Positions 26,601 to 39,435 of a stretch of DNA of 64,000 nt are shown here, in pieces (the first letter of the stretch is position 1; every line of letters begins with the position of its first letter). The notes below the pieces were generated by a model. The model was not told where the DNA came from, searched no databases, and saw only the letters and a list, made by a program, of their open reading frames with translations. The stretch covers positions 20,023,648 to 20,087,647 of the forward strand of contig NC_092673.1 in the NCBI RefSeq assembly GCF_964355755.1, given 5' to 3'. Made by a program: the position numbers and the translations under genes. This DNA comes from Antedon mediterranea (lineage: Eukaryota; Animalia; Echinodermata).

Positions 26601-29600
26601 TCGTCAATGTGACGAGTTTCATGTCTAGTTCTTCTTTCTTTCCCGGATTTTCGTGACCAGCATATCTCTATTGCAAAATGCGCAAAATTCATTTCTAATC
26701 AATTTTCTACGCGTTTCATGTCATTTTGAGCATTTCAAAAATTCCCACGGGTGCGCAATATTTTTACGCGCGCGTGCGCACGTAGCGCAAAAACATGTTT
26801 TTTTGGCTTGATTTTTGTTTTTTCAGCCTTCTCTAGTAACTTTACCAACTTTCAAACAATTTCGACTTAAAATCACGTCATACGAGCACGTAGAATTAAA
26901 CAATTGACGCGCATTTTTGATGAAAAAGTTCAAAAATTTGTCAAAATTATGCCTTTTTTTAAACAGTCATAGATTCTAAACTACGTGGTGAACTTTTTTA
27001 AAATTACAAATTCTGGAAGTTGATGAGTTGTAGATATCGAATCATGCATCAATATAGCTAACTGGACATTGTGACGTCATCGTATGGCCACTCAAATATA
27101 AAATATAGGATTTTTGTCTCTTTCGCATAGCTCATCACATTTAATAGAGCGCATCTCCACTTATCCGTATTCCATTGCCCTCCATTTCTTTATATTGTCT
27201 AGGTCAATCAATTATCTTTCGCATGATTTACCATTTTTTAAATTGTGATGACGTCATCATGTCCAAAAGCGTCAATAACTTGGGTCCCTTATTTTTACCT
27301 ATTCTGCACTGTATGTAGTACGTATACAGAATATAGTGTATACCGTATATACTCAGACGTGACACAAAATAGAGAGCGCACTAACATTTTTTCAATGGCA
27401 TAATCGTTTTTCTGCGCGCAATATTCTAACGTATGACGTGCTGCGGATAACCTAACTCGTCCGTAGTGACGAGTTCAAATCTAGTTTTTCTATGTTCTTC
27501 TTTCTTTCTACGATTTTTGTTCGCAGCGTATCTCTAATTCTGGCCAACATGTGATTGTATAACTTTGTCAAAAGATTGCTCTGTAGCTGTAGATGTGCAA
27601 GAAACTTTTTTTTTTTAATTTTGAGTCGCGCAGCGTAAGTTACGCGCGATTTTATGAATTTCAATGATTGATCATAGATTAAAAACCAAAAGTCATTTTC
27701 TATTGAAACTTGGTGAAAATTTAAATTATATCATGCGCAAACTTTGTATGGATTAAAAATGGCATGTTTCACAAAAAGTTACGCGCGCACGCGCGTTTAA
27801 AATTTCAAAATGTGAAAAATCAATTTCTAATCAACTTTCTACGCGTTTCATGTCATTTTGAGCATTTCAAAAATTCCCACGCTTGCGCAATTTTTTTACG
27901 CGCGCGTGCGCACATAGCGCAAAAACATCATTTTTTTGTTTGATTTTTGTTTTTCCTGTCTTTTTTAGTAAATTTACCAATTTTCAATCAATTTCGACTT
28001 AAAATCACGTCATACGAGCATGTAGAATTAAACAATTTGCGCGCATTTTTGATGAAAAAGTTAAAAAATTTGTCAAAATTATGCCTTTTTTTAAACAGTC
28101 ATAGATTCTAAACTACGTGGTGAACTTTTTTATAATTACATATTCTTGTAGTAGATGAGTTGCAGATATCAAATCCTGCATCAATATGGCTAACCGGACA
28201 TTGTGACGTCATCGTATGGCCACTCGAATATAAAATATAGGATTTTTGTCTCTTTCCTCGTAGCTCGTCACATTTAATAGAGCGCATCTCCACTTATCCG
28301 TATTCCATTTCCTCCCATTTTGTTATATTGTCTAGGCCAATCAATTATCTTTTGCATGATCTACCATTTTTTAAATTGTGATGACGTCATCATGTCCAAA
28401 AGCGTCAATAACTTGGGTCCCTTATTTTCACCTATTCTGCACTGTATGTAGTACGTATACAGAATATAGCGTATACCGTATATACTTTGACACGACGCAA
28501 AATTGAGAGCGCACTAACATTATTTCAATGGCGTAATCGTATTTCTGCGCGCAATATTCTAACGTATGACGTGCACGTGGCATTTGCGCTGCGGATAACC
28601 TAACTCGTCCGTAGTGACGAGTTCAAATCTAGTCTGTATTATTCTTCTTTCCTTCCGTCATTTTTGTGCTTCGCGTTTCTCTAAAACGTGTAAACAGAAC
28701 ATATCGTAACTTTGTCAACATATCGACATTTACGTGAACTTGTGCACCTCCTATTTTTGAATGACGTCAGAGTTGCGCAACGTGACGTACGCGCGATTTT
28801 ATGAATTTCAATGATTGATCATAGACTAAAAACCAAACATAATTTTGTTTTGACACTTTGTGAAAATTTAAGTCATATCAAGCGCAAACTTTCTATGGAT
28901 TAAAAATAGCATGTTTCACAAAAAGTTACGCGCGTACGTGCGTTTAAAATTTTAGGATGCGAAAAATCAACTTCTAATCAACTTTCTATGCGTTTCATGT
29001 CATTTTGAGCATGTCAAAAATTCCCACGCGCGCGAAAATTTTTACGCACGCGGTGCACACGTAGCGTTAAAAACATATTTTTTTCGCGTGATTTATGTTT
29101 TTTCAGCCTTTTCTAGTAATGTTACCAACTTTTAAACAATTTCGACTTAAAATTACGTCATACGAGCACGTCGAATTACATAATTTGCACGCGTTTTTGG
29201 TGAAAAAGTTCAAAAATTTGTCAAAATTATGCCTATTTTTAAACAGTCATAGATTCTAAACTACATGGAGAACTTTTTTTAAATTACATGTTCTGGAAGT
29301 TGATGAGTTGTAGATATCGGATCATGCATTAATATGGGTAACCGGACATTGTGACGTCATCGTATGGCCACGCGAATATAAAATATAGGATTTTTGTCTC
29401 TTTCGTCATAGCTCATCACATTTAATAGAGCGCATCTCCACTTATTCGTTGTCTATTTTCACCCCGATTTTAATATATTCTAGGTCAATCAACTATCTTT
29501 TGCATGAATTAAAATTTTTTTAATTTTTTTAACGTCATCATGCCTAAAAATTTAAATTACGTTGGTCATTAATTTCATCTTTACAGTAAATTTTAATCTG

Positions 29601-30206
29601 TTATACCTCGTAAGAATAAAATGTGATAATCACGATTAAAACGTTTTCAGGAAGCTATTGTATTGTAGATACAAAATCATGTGTAAATTGTGCCAATTGA
29701 ATGTTGTGACGTCATCATATGGCCAGTTAAATAAAAAAAGTCGTATTTTCATCTTTTGCATTATATTTCATTACATTTAAAAGAGCGCGCATCAATATTT
29801 CACGTATTCAAATTTCTTCTACACGTTAATATGTTGTTGCTGAGATAATTTCATTCTGAAATTTCTACTTTTGCATTTCATTTTGAAACCGTCAAGATGT
29901 TAAAAATTACAATAAAATACGGGTCCCGTAATTTCACCTATTTTACACTGTTTGTGATATGTATACAGATTGTACTGTGTATACTATATGACACAAAATA
30001 ACAGAATTCAGAAATAACAACATATCATATTCTTCAGTTCAGGTCATAATGCCTTAATATTTTTCTGTGCGCAATATTGTAACGTATGACGTGCACGTGG
30101 CGTTTGTCGAGCGGATAACTAACTCGTCAAAGTGACGAGTTTCATGTCTAGTTCTTTTTGGTTATCCGCACTTGGCGGATAACCTCTTGTTATTGTCAGG
30201 ATCTTT

Positions 30207-31795
30207 TTGGTTATCCGCAACTTTAAGTTGCGGATAACCCTTGTGATTGTAAATATCTTTTTTTTCATCTTCTTCTTTGTTATTCTTCTTTCTTTCCCGG
30301 ATTTTTGTGCGTCGCATATCTCTCATCCTTGTCAACATAAGATTGTATAACTTTGTCAAAAGATTGACCTGTAGCTGTAGATGTGCAAGAAACTTCGTTG
30401 TATGACGTTAGAGTTGCGCAGCGTAAGTTACGCGTGATTTTATGAATTTAAATGATTGGTCATAGATTATAAACCAAAAGTTGTTTTGTATTGACACTTG
30501 GTGAAAATTTAAGTCATATCAAGGGCAAACTTTCTATGGATTAAAAATGACATGTTTCACAAGAAGTTACGCGCGCACGCGCATTTAAAATTTAAAAATG
30601 CGCAAAATTAATTTCTAATCAACTTTCTACGCTGATCATGACATTTTTAGCATGTCAAAAATTCCCACGCGCGCGAAAAAAATTACGCGTAAGGTGCGCA
30701 CGGAGCATGAAAATCATGTGTTTTTTTCTTGAATTATGATTTTACAGCCTTTCTTTGTCATTTTAAAAAAGATTTACATCATTTCAAATTAAAATGACGT
30801 CATACGAACACGTTGATTTAGACAATTTGCGTGCGTTTTAGTTGCAATAGTGACAAAATATTGTCAAAATTATGCCTACTTTGAATCTATTATAGCTCCT
30901 CAGGATCAACCGTTACCCCCAATTTTTTAAATTTAATATGTAAGCAGATATGTTGCAGATATGAATTCATGCAGAATCTTTACCCCTCAGATGTTATGAC
31001 GTCATCGTATGGCCACACGAATGTAAAATATTGGATTTTTGACTGTTTCGCTATTGCTCATTACATTAAATAGAGCGCATATCGCTTATACGTATTCCAT
31101 TTCCTCAGATATTTTAATACTGTCTAGTTCAATCAACTATCTTTCTAATGAGTTAAAAATATTTTAATTTTTATGACGTCATCATGTCTAAAAATGTAAA
31201 TAACGTGGGTCACCTATTTTCATCTTTACAGTAAATTTCAATCTGTTATAGCTCGTCAGAATAAAAAGTGATCATCATGATTAAAACGTTTTCTGGAAGC
31301 TATTGGATTGTAGATACAGATTCATGTGAATATTTTGCCATTTAGATGTTGTGACGTCATTATATGGCCAGTTGAATACAAAAAGTCGTATTTTCATATT
31401 TTGCGTCATAGTTCATCACATTTAAAAGAGCGCGCATCTATATTTTACGGATTTAAATTTCTTAAAATTTGTATTAATGTAATTATTTAGATACTTATCT
31501 TCTAAAATTGTTATCTTTATACGTCGATTTGATGACGTCATCGTGTTAATAATTGGATTTCAAAGATTGGTCTCGTAATATCGTCTATGCTACACTGTAT
31601 ATAACATATACAGCGTATTCTGTAAATACTGTAATATGATGTATGCTACAAAATAGGTACAATTCAGCACTGTAAACATATTTATTTCATGTCATAGGAT
31701 GGAATAATAATTGTCGAGGTTCATATGGTTAAGTTTGTGCATGTTGCGTTTGCGCGGATAACCCGAACTCGTCAAAGTGACGAGTTCAAATCTAG
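30207..31795 (+). mobile_element. Complete divergent Helitron2-type element nested in head 30158
   Basis: 5' near-perfect palindrome GGTTATCCGCAACTT-T-AAGTTGCGGATAACC; 3' GCGGATAACCCGAACTCGTCAAAGTGACGAGTTCAAATCTAG. Confidence 0.85.
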
Positions 31796-31849
31796 TTGGT
31801 TATCCGCACTTGGCGGATAACCTCTTGTTATTGTCAGGATCTTTTTTTA

Positions 31850-31893
31850 TTGGTTATCCGCACTTGGCGGATAACCCCTTGTTATTGTCAGGA

Positions 31894-31924
<31 letters not shown>

Positions 31925-33066
31925 CTATGTTCTTCTTTCTTTCCACGAATTTTGTCCGCAGCATATCTCTATCTTCTGGCTAACATAATATTGTGTAACT
32001 TTGTCATAAGATTGACCTACAGCTGCAGATGTGCAGCCAAGCTTTTGGACGATGTCGGAGATGCGCAGCGTAAGTTACGCGCGATTTTATGAATTTCAAT
32101 GATTGATCATAGATTAAAAACTAAAAGTAATTTTGTATTGAAACTTGGTGAAAATGTAAGTCATATCATGCGCAAACTTTCTATGGATTAAAAATGGCAT
32201 GTTTCACATAAAGTTACGAGCGCACGCGCGTTTAAAATTTCAAAATGCGTAAAATCAATTTCTAATCAACTTTCTACGCGTTTCAGGTCATTTTGAGCAT
32301 TTCAAAAATTCCCATGCGTGCGCAATTTTTTTACGCGCGCGTGCGCACTTAGCGCAAAAACATCTTTTTTTTGCTTGATTTTTGTTTTTTCAGCTTTTTC
32401 TAGTAAATTTACCAATTTTCAATCAATTTCGACTTAAAATCACGTCATACGAGCACGTAGAATTGAACAATTTGCGCGCGTTTTTGATGAAAAATTTCAA
32501 AAATTCGTCAAAATTATGCCTTTTTTAAAACAGTCATAGATTCTAAACTCTGTGGTGAACTTTTTTAAAATTTCAGATTCTGGAAGTAGATGAGTTGTAG
32601 ATAACAAATCATGCATCGATATGGCTAACCGGACATTGTGACGTCATCGTATGGCCACTCGAATATAAAATATAGGATTTTTGTCTCTTTCGCATAGCTC
32701 ATCACATTTAATAGAGCGCATCTCCACTTATCCGTATTCCATTTCCCCCCATTTTGTTATATTGACTAGGCCAATCAATTATCTTTCGCATAATCTAGGA
32801 TTTTTTAAATTGTGATGACGTCATCATGTCCAAAAGCGTCAATAACTTTGGTCCCTTATTTTCACCTATTCTGCACTGTATGTAGTACGTATACAGAATA
32901 TAGTGTATACCGTATACACTTTGATGTGACGCAAAATTGAGAGCGCACTAACATTATTTCAATGGCGTAATCGTATTTCTGCGCACAATATTCTAACGTA
33001 TGACGTGCACGTGGCTTTTGCGCTGCGGATAACCTAACTCGTCCGTAGTGACGAGTTCAAGTCTAG
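31850..33066 (+). mobile_element. Complete B-subfamily element nested in head 31796
   Basis: A|TTGGTTATCCGCACTTGGCGGATAACC ... AAGTCTAG|T. Confidence 0.85.
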
Positions 33067-36000
33067 TTTTTTTTTTTTCTATGTTCTTCTTTCTTTCCAC
33101 GAATTTTGTTCGCAGCGTATCTTTAATTCTGGCCAACATTAAATTGTATAACTTTGTCATAAGATTGACCTATAGCTGTAGATGTGCAGCCAAGCTTTTG
33201 GACGAATTCGGTGTTGCGCAGCGTAAGTTACGCGCGATTTTTTGAATTTCAATGATTGATCATAGATTGAAAACCAAAAGTCATTTTCTATTGAAACTTG
33301 GTGAAAATTTAAGTTATATCATGCGCAAACTTTCTATGGATTAAAAATGGCATGTTTTATATAAAGTTGCGCGCGCACACGCGTTCAAAATTTCAAAATG
33401 CGCAAAATTCATTTCTAATCAATTTTCTACGCGTTTCATGTCATTTTGAGCATTTCAAAAATTCCCACGGGTGCGCAATATTTTTACGCGCGCGTGCGCA
33501 CGTAGCGCAAAAACATGTTTTTTTGGCTTGATTTTTGTTTTTTCAGCCTTCTCTAGTAACTTTACCAACTTTCAAACAATTTCGACTTAAAATCACGTCA
33601 TACGAGCACGTAGAATTAAACAATTGACGCGCATTTTTGATGAAAAAGTTCAAAAATTTGTCAAAATTATGCCTTTTTTTAAACAGTCATAGATTCTAAA
33701 CTACGTGGTGAACTTTTTTAAAATTACAAATTCTGGAAGTTGATGAGTTGTAGATATCGAATCATGCATCAATATAGCTAACTGGACATTGTGACGTCAT
33801 CGTATGGCCACTCAAATATAAAATATAGGATTTTTGTCTCTTTCGCATAGCTCATCACATTTAATAGAGCGCATCTCCACTTATCCGTATTCCATTGCCC
33901 TCCATTTCTTTATATTGTCTAGGTCAATCAATTATCTTTCGCATGATTTACCATTTTTTAAATTGTGATGACGTCATCATGTCCAAAAGCGTCAATAACT
34001 TGGGTCCCTTATTTTTACCTATTCTGCACTGTATGTAGTACGTATACAGAATATAGTGTATACCGTATATACTCAGACGTGACACAAAATAGAGAGCGCA
34101 CTAACATTTTTTCAATGGCATAATCGTTTTTCTGCGCGCAATATTCTAACGTATGACGTGCTGCGGATAACCCAACTCGTCCGTAGTGACGAGTTCAAAT
34201 CTAGTTTTTCTATGTTCTTCTTTCTTTCCACGATTTTTGTTCGCAGCGTATCTCTAATTCTGGCCAACATGTGATTGTATAACTTTGTCAAAAGATTGCT
34301 CTGTAGCTGTAGATGTGCAAGAAACTTTTTTTTTTTAATTTTGAGTCGCGCAGCGTAAGTTACGCGCGATTTTATGAATTTCAATGATTGATCATAGATT
34401 AAAAACCAAAAGTCATTTTCTATTGAAACTTGGTGAAAATTTAAATTATATCATGCGCAAACTTTGTATGGATTAAAAATGGCATGTTTCAGAAAAAGTT
34501 ACGCGCGCACGCGCGTTTAAAATTTCAAAATGTGAAAAATCAATTTCTAATCAACTTTCTACGCGTTTCATGTCATTTTGAGCATTTCAAAAATTCCCAC
34601 GCTTGCGCAATTTTTTTTCGCGCGCGTGCGCACATAGCGCAAAAACATCATTTTTTTGTTTGATTTTTGTTTTTCCTGTCTTTTTTAGTAAATTTACCAA
34701 TTTTCAATCAATTTCGACTTAAAATCACGTCATACGAGCATGTAGAATTAAACAATTTGCGCGCATTTTTGATGAAAAAGTTAAAAAATTTGTCAAAATT
34801 ATGCCTTTTTTTAAACAGTCATAGATTCTAAACTACGTGGTGAACTTTTTTATAATTACATATTCTTGTAGTAGATGAGTTGCAGATATCAAATCATGCT
34901 TCAATATGGCTAACCGGACATTGTGACGTCATCGTATGGCCACTCGAATATAAAATATAGGATTTTTGTCTCTTTCCTCGTAGCTCGTCACATTTAATAG
35001 AGCGCATCTCCACTTATCCGTATTCCATTTCCTCCCATTTTGTTATATTGTCTAGGCCAATCAATTATCTTTTGCATGATCTACCATTTTTTAAATTGTG
35101 ATGACGTCATCATGTCCAAAAGCGTCAATAACTTGGGTCCCTTATTTTCACCTATTCTGCACTGTATGTAGTACGTATACAGAATATAGCGTATACCGTA
35201 TATACTTTGACACGACGCAAAATTGAGAGCGCACTAACATTATTTCAATGGCGTAATCGTATTTCTGCGCGCAATATTCTAACGTATGACGTGCACGTGG
35301 CATTTGCGCTGCGGATAACCTAACTCGTCCGTAGTGACGAGTTCAAATCTAGTCTGTATTATTCTTCTTTCCTTCCGTCATTTTTGTGCGTCGCGTTTCT
35401 CTAAAACGTGTAAACAGAACATATCGTAACTTTGTCAACATATCGACATTTACGTGAACTTGTGCACCTCCTATTTTTGAATGACGTCAGAGTTGCGCAA
35501 CGTGACTTACGCGCGATTTTATGAATTTCAATGATTGATCATAGACTAAAAACCAAACATAATTTTGTTTTGACACTTTGTAAAAATTTAAGTCATATCA
35601 AGCGCAAACTTTCTATGGATTAAAATTAGCATGTTTCACAAAAAGTTACGCGCGCACGCGCGTTTAAAATTTTATAAAGCGAAAAATCAACTTCTAATCA
35701 ACTTTCTATGCGTTTCATGTCATTTTGAGCATGTCAAAAATTCCCACGCGCGCGAACATTTTTACGCACGCGGTGCACACGTAGCGTTAAAAACATATTT
35801 TTTTCGCGTGATTTATGTTTTTTCAGCCTTTTCTAGTAATGTTACCAACTTTTAAACAATTTCGACTTAAAATTACGTCATACGAGCACGTCGAATTACA
35901 TAATTTGCACGCGTTTTTGGTGAAAAAGTTCAAAAATTCGTCAAAATTATGTCTATTTTTAAACAGTCATAGATTCTAAACTACATGGACAAATTTTTTT

Positions 36001-39000
36001 TAATTACATATTCTGGAAGTTGATGAGTTGTAGATATCGGATCATGCATTAATATGGCTAACCGGACATTGTGATGTCATCGTATGGCCACGCGAATATA
36101 AAATATAGGATTTTTGTCTCTTTCGTCATAGCTCATCACATTTAATAGAGCGCATCTCCACTTATTCGTTGTCCATTTTCACCCCGATTTTAATATATTC
36201 TAGGTCAATCAACTATCTTTTGCATGAATTAAAATTTTTTTAATTTTTTTAACGTCATCATGTCTAAAAATTTAAATTACGTTGGTCATTAATTTCATCT
36301 TTACAGTAAATTTTAATCTGTTATACCTCGTAAGAATAAAATTTGATAATCACGATTAAAACGTTTTCATGAAGCTATTGTATTGTAGATACAAAATCAT
36401 GTGTATATTGTGCCAATTGAATGTTGTGACGTCATCATATGGCCAGTTAAATAAAAAAAGTCGTATTTTCATCTTTTGCATTATATTTCATTACATTTAA
36501 AAGAGCGCGCATCAATATTTCACGTATTCAAATTTCTTCTACACGTTAATATGTTGTTGCTGAGATAATTTCATTCTGAAATTTCTACTTTTGCATTTCA
36601 TTTTGAAACCGTCAAGATGTTAAAAATTACAATAAAATACGGGTCCCGTAATTTCACCTATTTTACACTGTTTGTGATATGTATACAGATTGTACTGTGT
36701 ATACTATATGACACAAAATAACAGAATTCAGAAATAACAACATATCATATTCTTCAGTTAAGGTCATAATGCCTTAATATTTTTCTGTGTGCAATATTCT
36801 AACGTATGACGTGCACGTGGCGTTTGTCGAGCGGATAACTAACTCGTCAAAGTGACGAGTTTCATGTCTAGTTCTTCTTTCTTTCCACGAATTTTGTTCG
36901 CAGCGTATCTCTAATTCTGGACAATATCAAATTTTATAACTTTGTCAAAAGATTGCCCTGTAGCTGTAGATGTGCAAGAAACTTTTTTTTTTCGAATTTC
37001 GAGTCGCGCAGCGTAAGTTACGGGCGATTTTATGAATTCCAATGATTGATCATAGAATAAAAACTAAAAGTCATTTTGTATTGAAACTTTGTGAAAATTT
37101 AAGTCATATCATGCGCAAACTTTCTATGGATTAAAAATGGCATGTTTCACAAAAATCTACGCGCGAACGCGCGTTTAAAATTAAAAAATGCGAAAAATCA
37201 ATTTCTAATCAACTTTCTACGCGATTCAAGTCATTTTAAGCGTTTAAAAAATTGCCACTGGTGCTTACATTTTTACGCGCGCACGGCGCAAGCAACACGT
37301 ATGAGTATTTCTTTTACACGATTTGTGTTTTTAAATCTTTGGTTAACAATTTTACTTTATTTTATTCACTATTCAACTTGAAATGGCGTTCTACGAGCAT
37401 TTTAAACATGACAGGTTGCGCACAAAAACGTCAACAAATTGTGAAAATGTTGCAAAATATGTCTACTTTTAAAAACGATACAGTTCATCAGAATACAAGG
37501 TTACCCCTATTTTTTATTTTATTTTCTTGCAGTGTATGAATCATAGGTCTGATTTATTATAGTCTTGAATGTTAAAAAGTGTTTGATGGCTACATTATTT
37601 GCATATTAAATGCAATTTTTGAAATAATTATCATCAAACAAACATAAACATATTCAATGAGCAAAACAATAAACGTAACGTTTATCTTTTTTCTTTACAT
37701 GTTAATATATAAAACTTGAAAGTATGCACTTTCATAATATGTAACTGTTTAAAATTTGTGAAGATTTCATCATAGTAAAAATTATGATTTAAGTTCGATA
37801 TGTAATAATCAACTTGCATCGAGGGGGGTTCACGACATATCGAATGAACAAGACTCTTTATTCGGATTTTCTTCAGCAGGTGCACATATGGGTCGATGTT
37901 TAGTGCAACCGACTTTGGTATCAGAGGTACCGGTTCAAATCCCATCACGGGAAAACAATTAAATAAAAGGAATTGTTTGGTTATTACACTGAAAGTGCAG
38001 TTTTGATTTTGAATAAGCTACTTTTGGAAAAGTCACAACTGAAAAGTACTTGAATGCGCAAGATACGTTTTGTTGCGGGCGGATAACCAAACTCGTCCTC
38101 CAGTGACAAGTTTAAGTTCTAGTTTTTAAATTTAATTTATTTTTATTTATTTTTACTTAAGTGATACATAAAATATAACCTATATTCTTTGAAAGTAATA
38201 CAATGCAGTAACTTATGTAGGCTTATATATTCATACTTATATCGCTTAAATATATTACACTAAGTTTAGAGAGTGAGCTATAGCTCCATTAATTTACATT
38301 TTTCAGTATATGTACTTTGTATTATACACAGAAGCACCCCAAAGAAAACAAGTCCATTACAACATATTGTTTTGTATTGTATCGTACCTTATGGAATATT
38401 TGAGATAACAGCTCACTGAAGGAATATAATACACACTGTTTTTTTTTCTACATTTTTTATTGTACTCATGCATAAATGACTCAAATTACCTATAAGTTGT
38501 GAAGGTCTCACGTGTTAGGGTTCAAATACCAGGAATGTTCAATGATGATTACGATGTAGCAGATGAAAAGCCCTAGGATGGTCACATCGTAAGTGATTTC
38601 AAAATGTACAGTTTTTAAAATTGAAATGAGATCATTTGGAAGCTTGTTTAATTTTATAATAATAATTCAAACCATTTCCGAATAAAAATTATCATAAGAA
38701 TCAGACGGGCATAGACCTACAAACCTTTTCCCTAATTTACAAAAATAGAGAGAACGGTGCACAGTGTGTCATTCAATCGTAGAGTTGCGTTGCGGCTCAA
38801 GTCGGGAGTTATAGTGTAATATTTGAAGTGCTGATGTTATTGATAAATTTGACAAACTATGTGTCTAACCATGTAAAGTCAAGACATTTTGCGACAATGT
38901 TAAATATAGACAGACAATCGAGCACGACAACGAGTGTCTACCGCTTGTGAATTGATTTGATAAAAAGTTTAGTGAAGTTGAAAACTGGTTCAGCAATGAG

Positions 39001-39059
39001 GGTTGCGGGCATAGACGGCTGCCTTGACATTAACACTGAATCCTGAAATCACAAGAAGT

Positions 39060-39230
39060 TAGAATAAAAAAAATGCTAAAAGCATTTGAGATGTGGATCA
39101 GGGAAAGAATATTAAAGGTTAGAAAGAAGAATAACAAATGAGGAGGCTTGGACAAGGTAGGAGTTTAACGACGTAGAGGATTGATTAAAACAATAGGGAA
39201 GAGAACAGAAAGCTGGATACGACACATTAA
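39060..39230 (+). mobile_element. Degenerate RTE-clade LINE fragment
   Basis: GCATTTGAGATGTGG (AFEMW) ... AGAATAACAAATGAGGAG (RITNEE), then a WIxHI-like motif. These are typical of RTE ORF C-termini; the frame is broken. Confidence 0.55.
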
Positions 39231-39269
39231 CTCTGTTGCTGGTGTTGTTACCAATTTTGTCTTCATTTG

Positions 39270-39435
39270 TTCTTGAAATATTGTTGGAACCGCATTCCAC
39301 ACCAAAGTGTTCGAATATTTGAATGTGTGCGACTCTTTGAAGTGTAGCGAACACAAATGGTAATTCCTATGCAAATAAGTCATAGATTTGTTTTGTACTT
39401 TTTCAAGTCTGCAATTTTTAGCCCATTCAGCACAC
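39270..39435 (-). pseudogene. THAP zinc-finger domain exon fragment (probable DNA-transposase relic)
   Basis: Translation RCAEWAKNCR...LCSLHF...LVWNAVPTIF has the THAP W, CxxHF and AVPTIF box. It is preceded by a TTTTTGAG acceptor. No N-terminal CxxxxC exon was found. Confidence 0.7.

Larger units (their letters stand above)
26674..36876 (+). repeat. Segmental duplication inside the cluster: 26674-30156 matches 33394-36876 (offset 6720)
   Basis: Near-identical line for line across three element ends, including a shared private deletion (GTATGACGTG^CTGCGGATAA at 27431 and 34151). Confidence 0.9.
2594..38122 (+). mobile_element. Nested cluster of ~24 non-autonomous Helitron2/Helentron (HINE/DINE-1-like) elements, mostly 1.1-1.6 kb each
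   Basis: 3' ends (ATIR GCGGATAAC, hairpin AACTCGTC-loop-GACGAGTT, CTAG) at 3665, 4817, 6043, 7645, 8795, 9934, 11443, 16137, 17388, 20628, 20635, 22167, 23589, 25099, 26628, 27484, 28632, 30151, 31795, 33066, 34204, 35352, 36871, 38122. 5' hairpins start at about 4826, 6052, 11444, 11495, 14856, 17393, 17460, 17536, 19017, 30158, 30207, 31796, 31850. A terminal 5' ATIR hairpin plus a subterminal 3' ATIR just before a 3' hairpin, with no TSD, is the described Helitron2/Helentron architecture. No RepHel ORF is present. Confidence 0.9.

Noticed and set aside
2822-37948. Recurrent 60-120 aa ORFs (MFHKKLRAH..., MKFIKSRV..., etc.)
   Set aside because: They recur only because the DNA is repeated; frames are broken in most copies and there are no Rep or helicase motifs.
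2594-38122. CRISPR array or integron cassette array (regularly spaced palindromes)
   Set aside because: The intervening 1.1-1.6-kb segments are homologous to each other and non-coding, no cas or integrase gene is present, the context is eukaryotic, and the ends match Helitron2 structure.
2594-38122. Simple satellite or rolling-circle concatemer
   Set aside because: Neighbouring units belong to different subfamilies, heads are separated from bodies, and excision restores host sequence.
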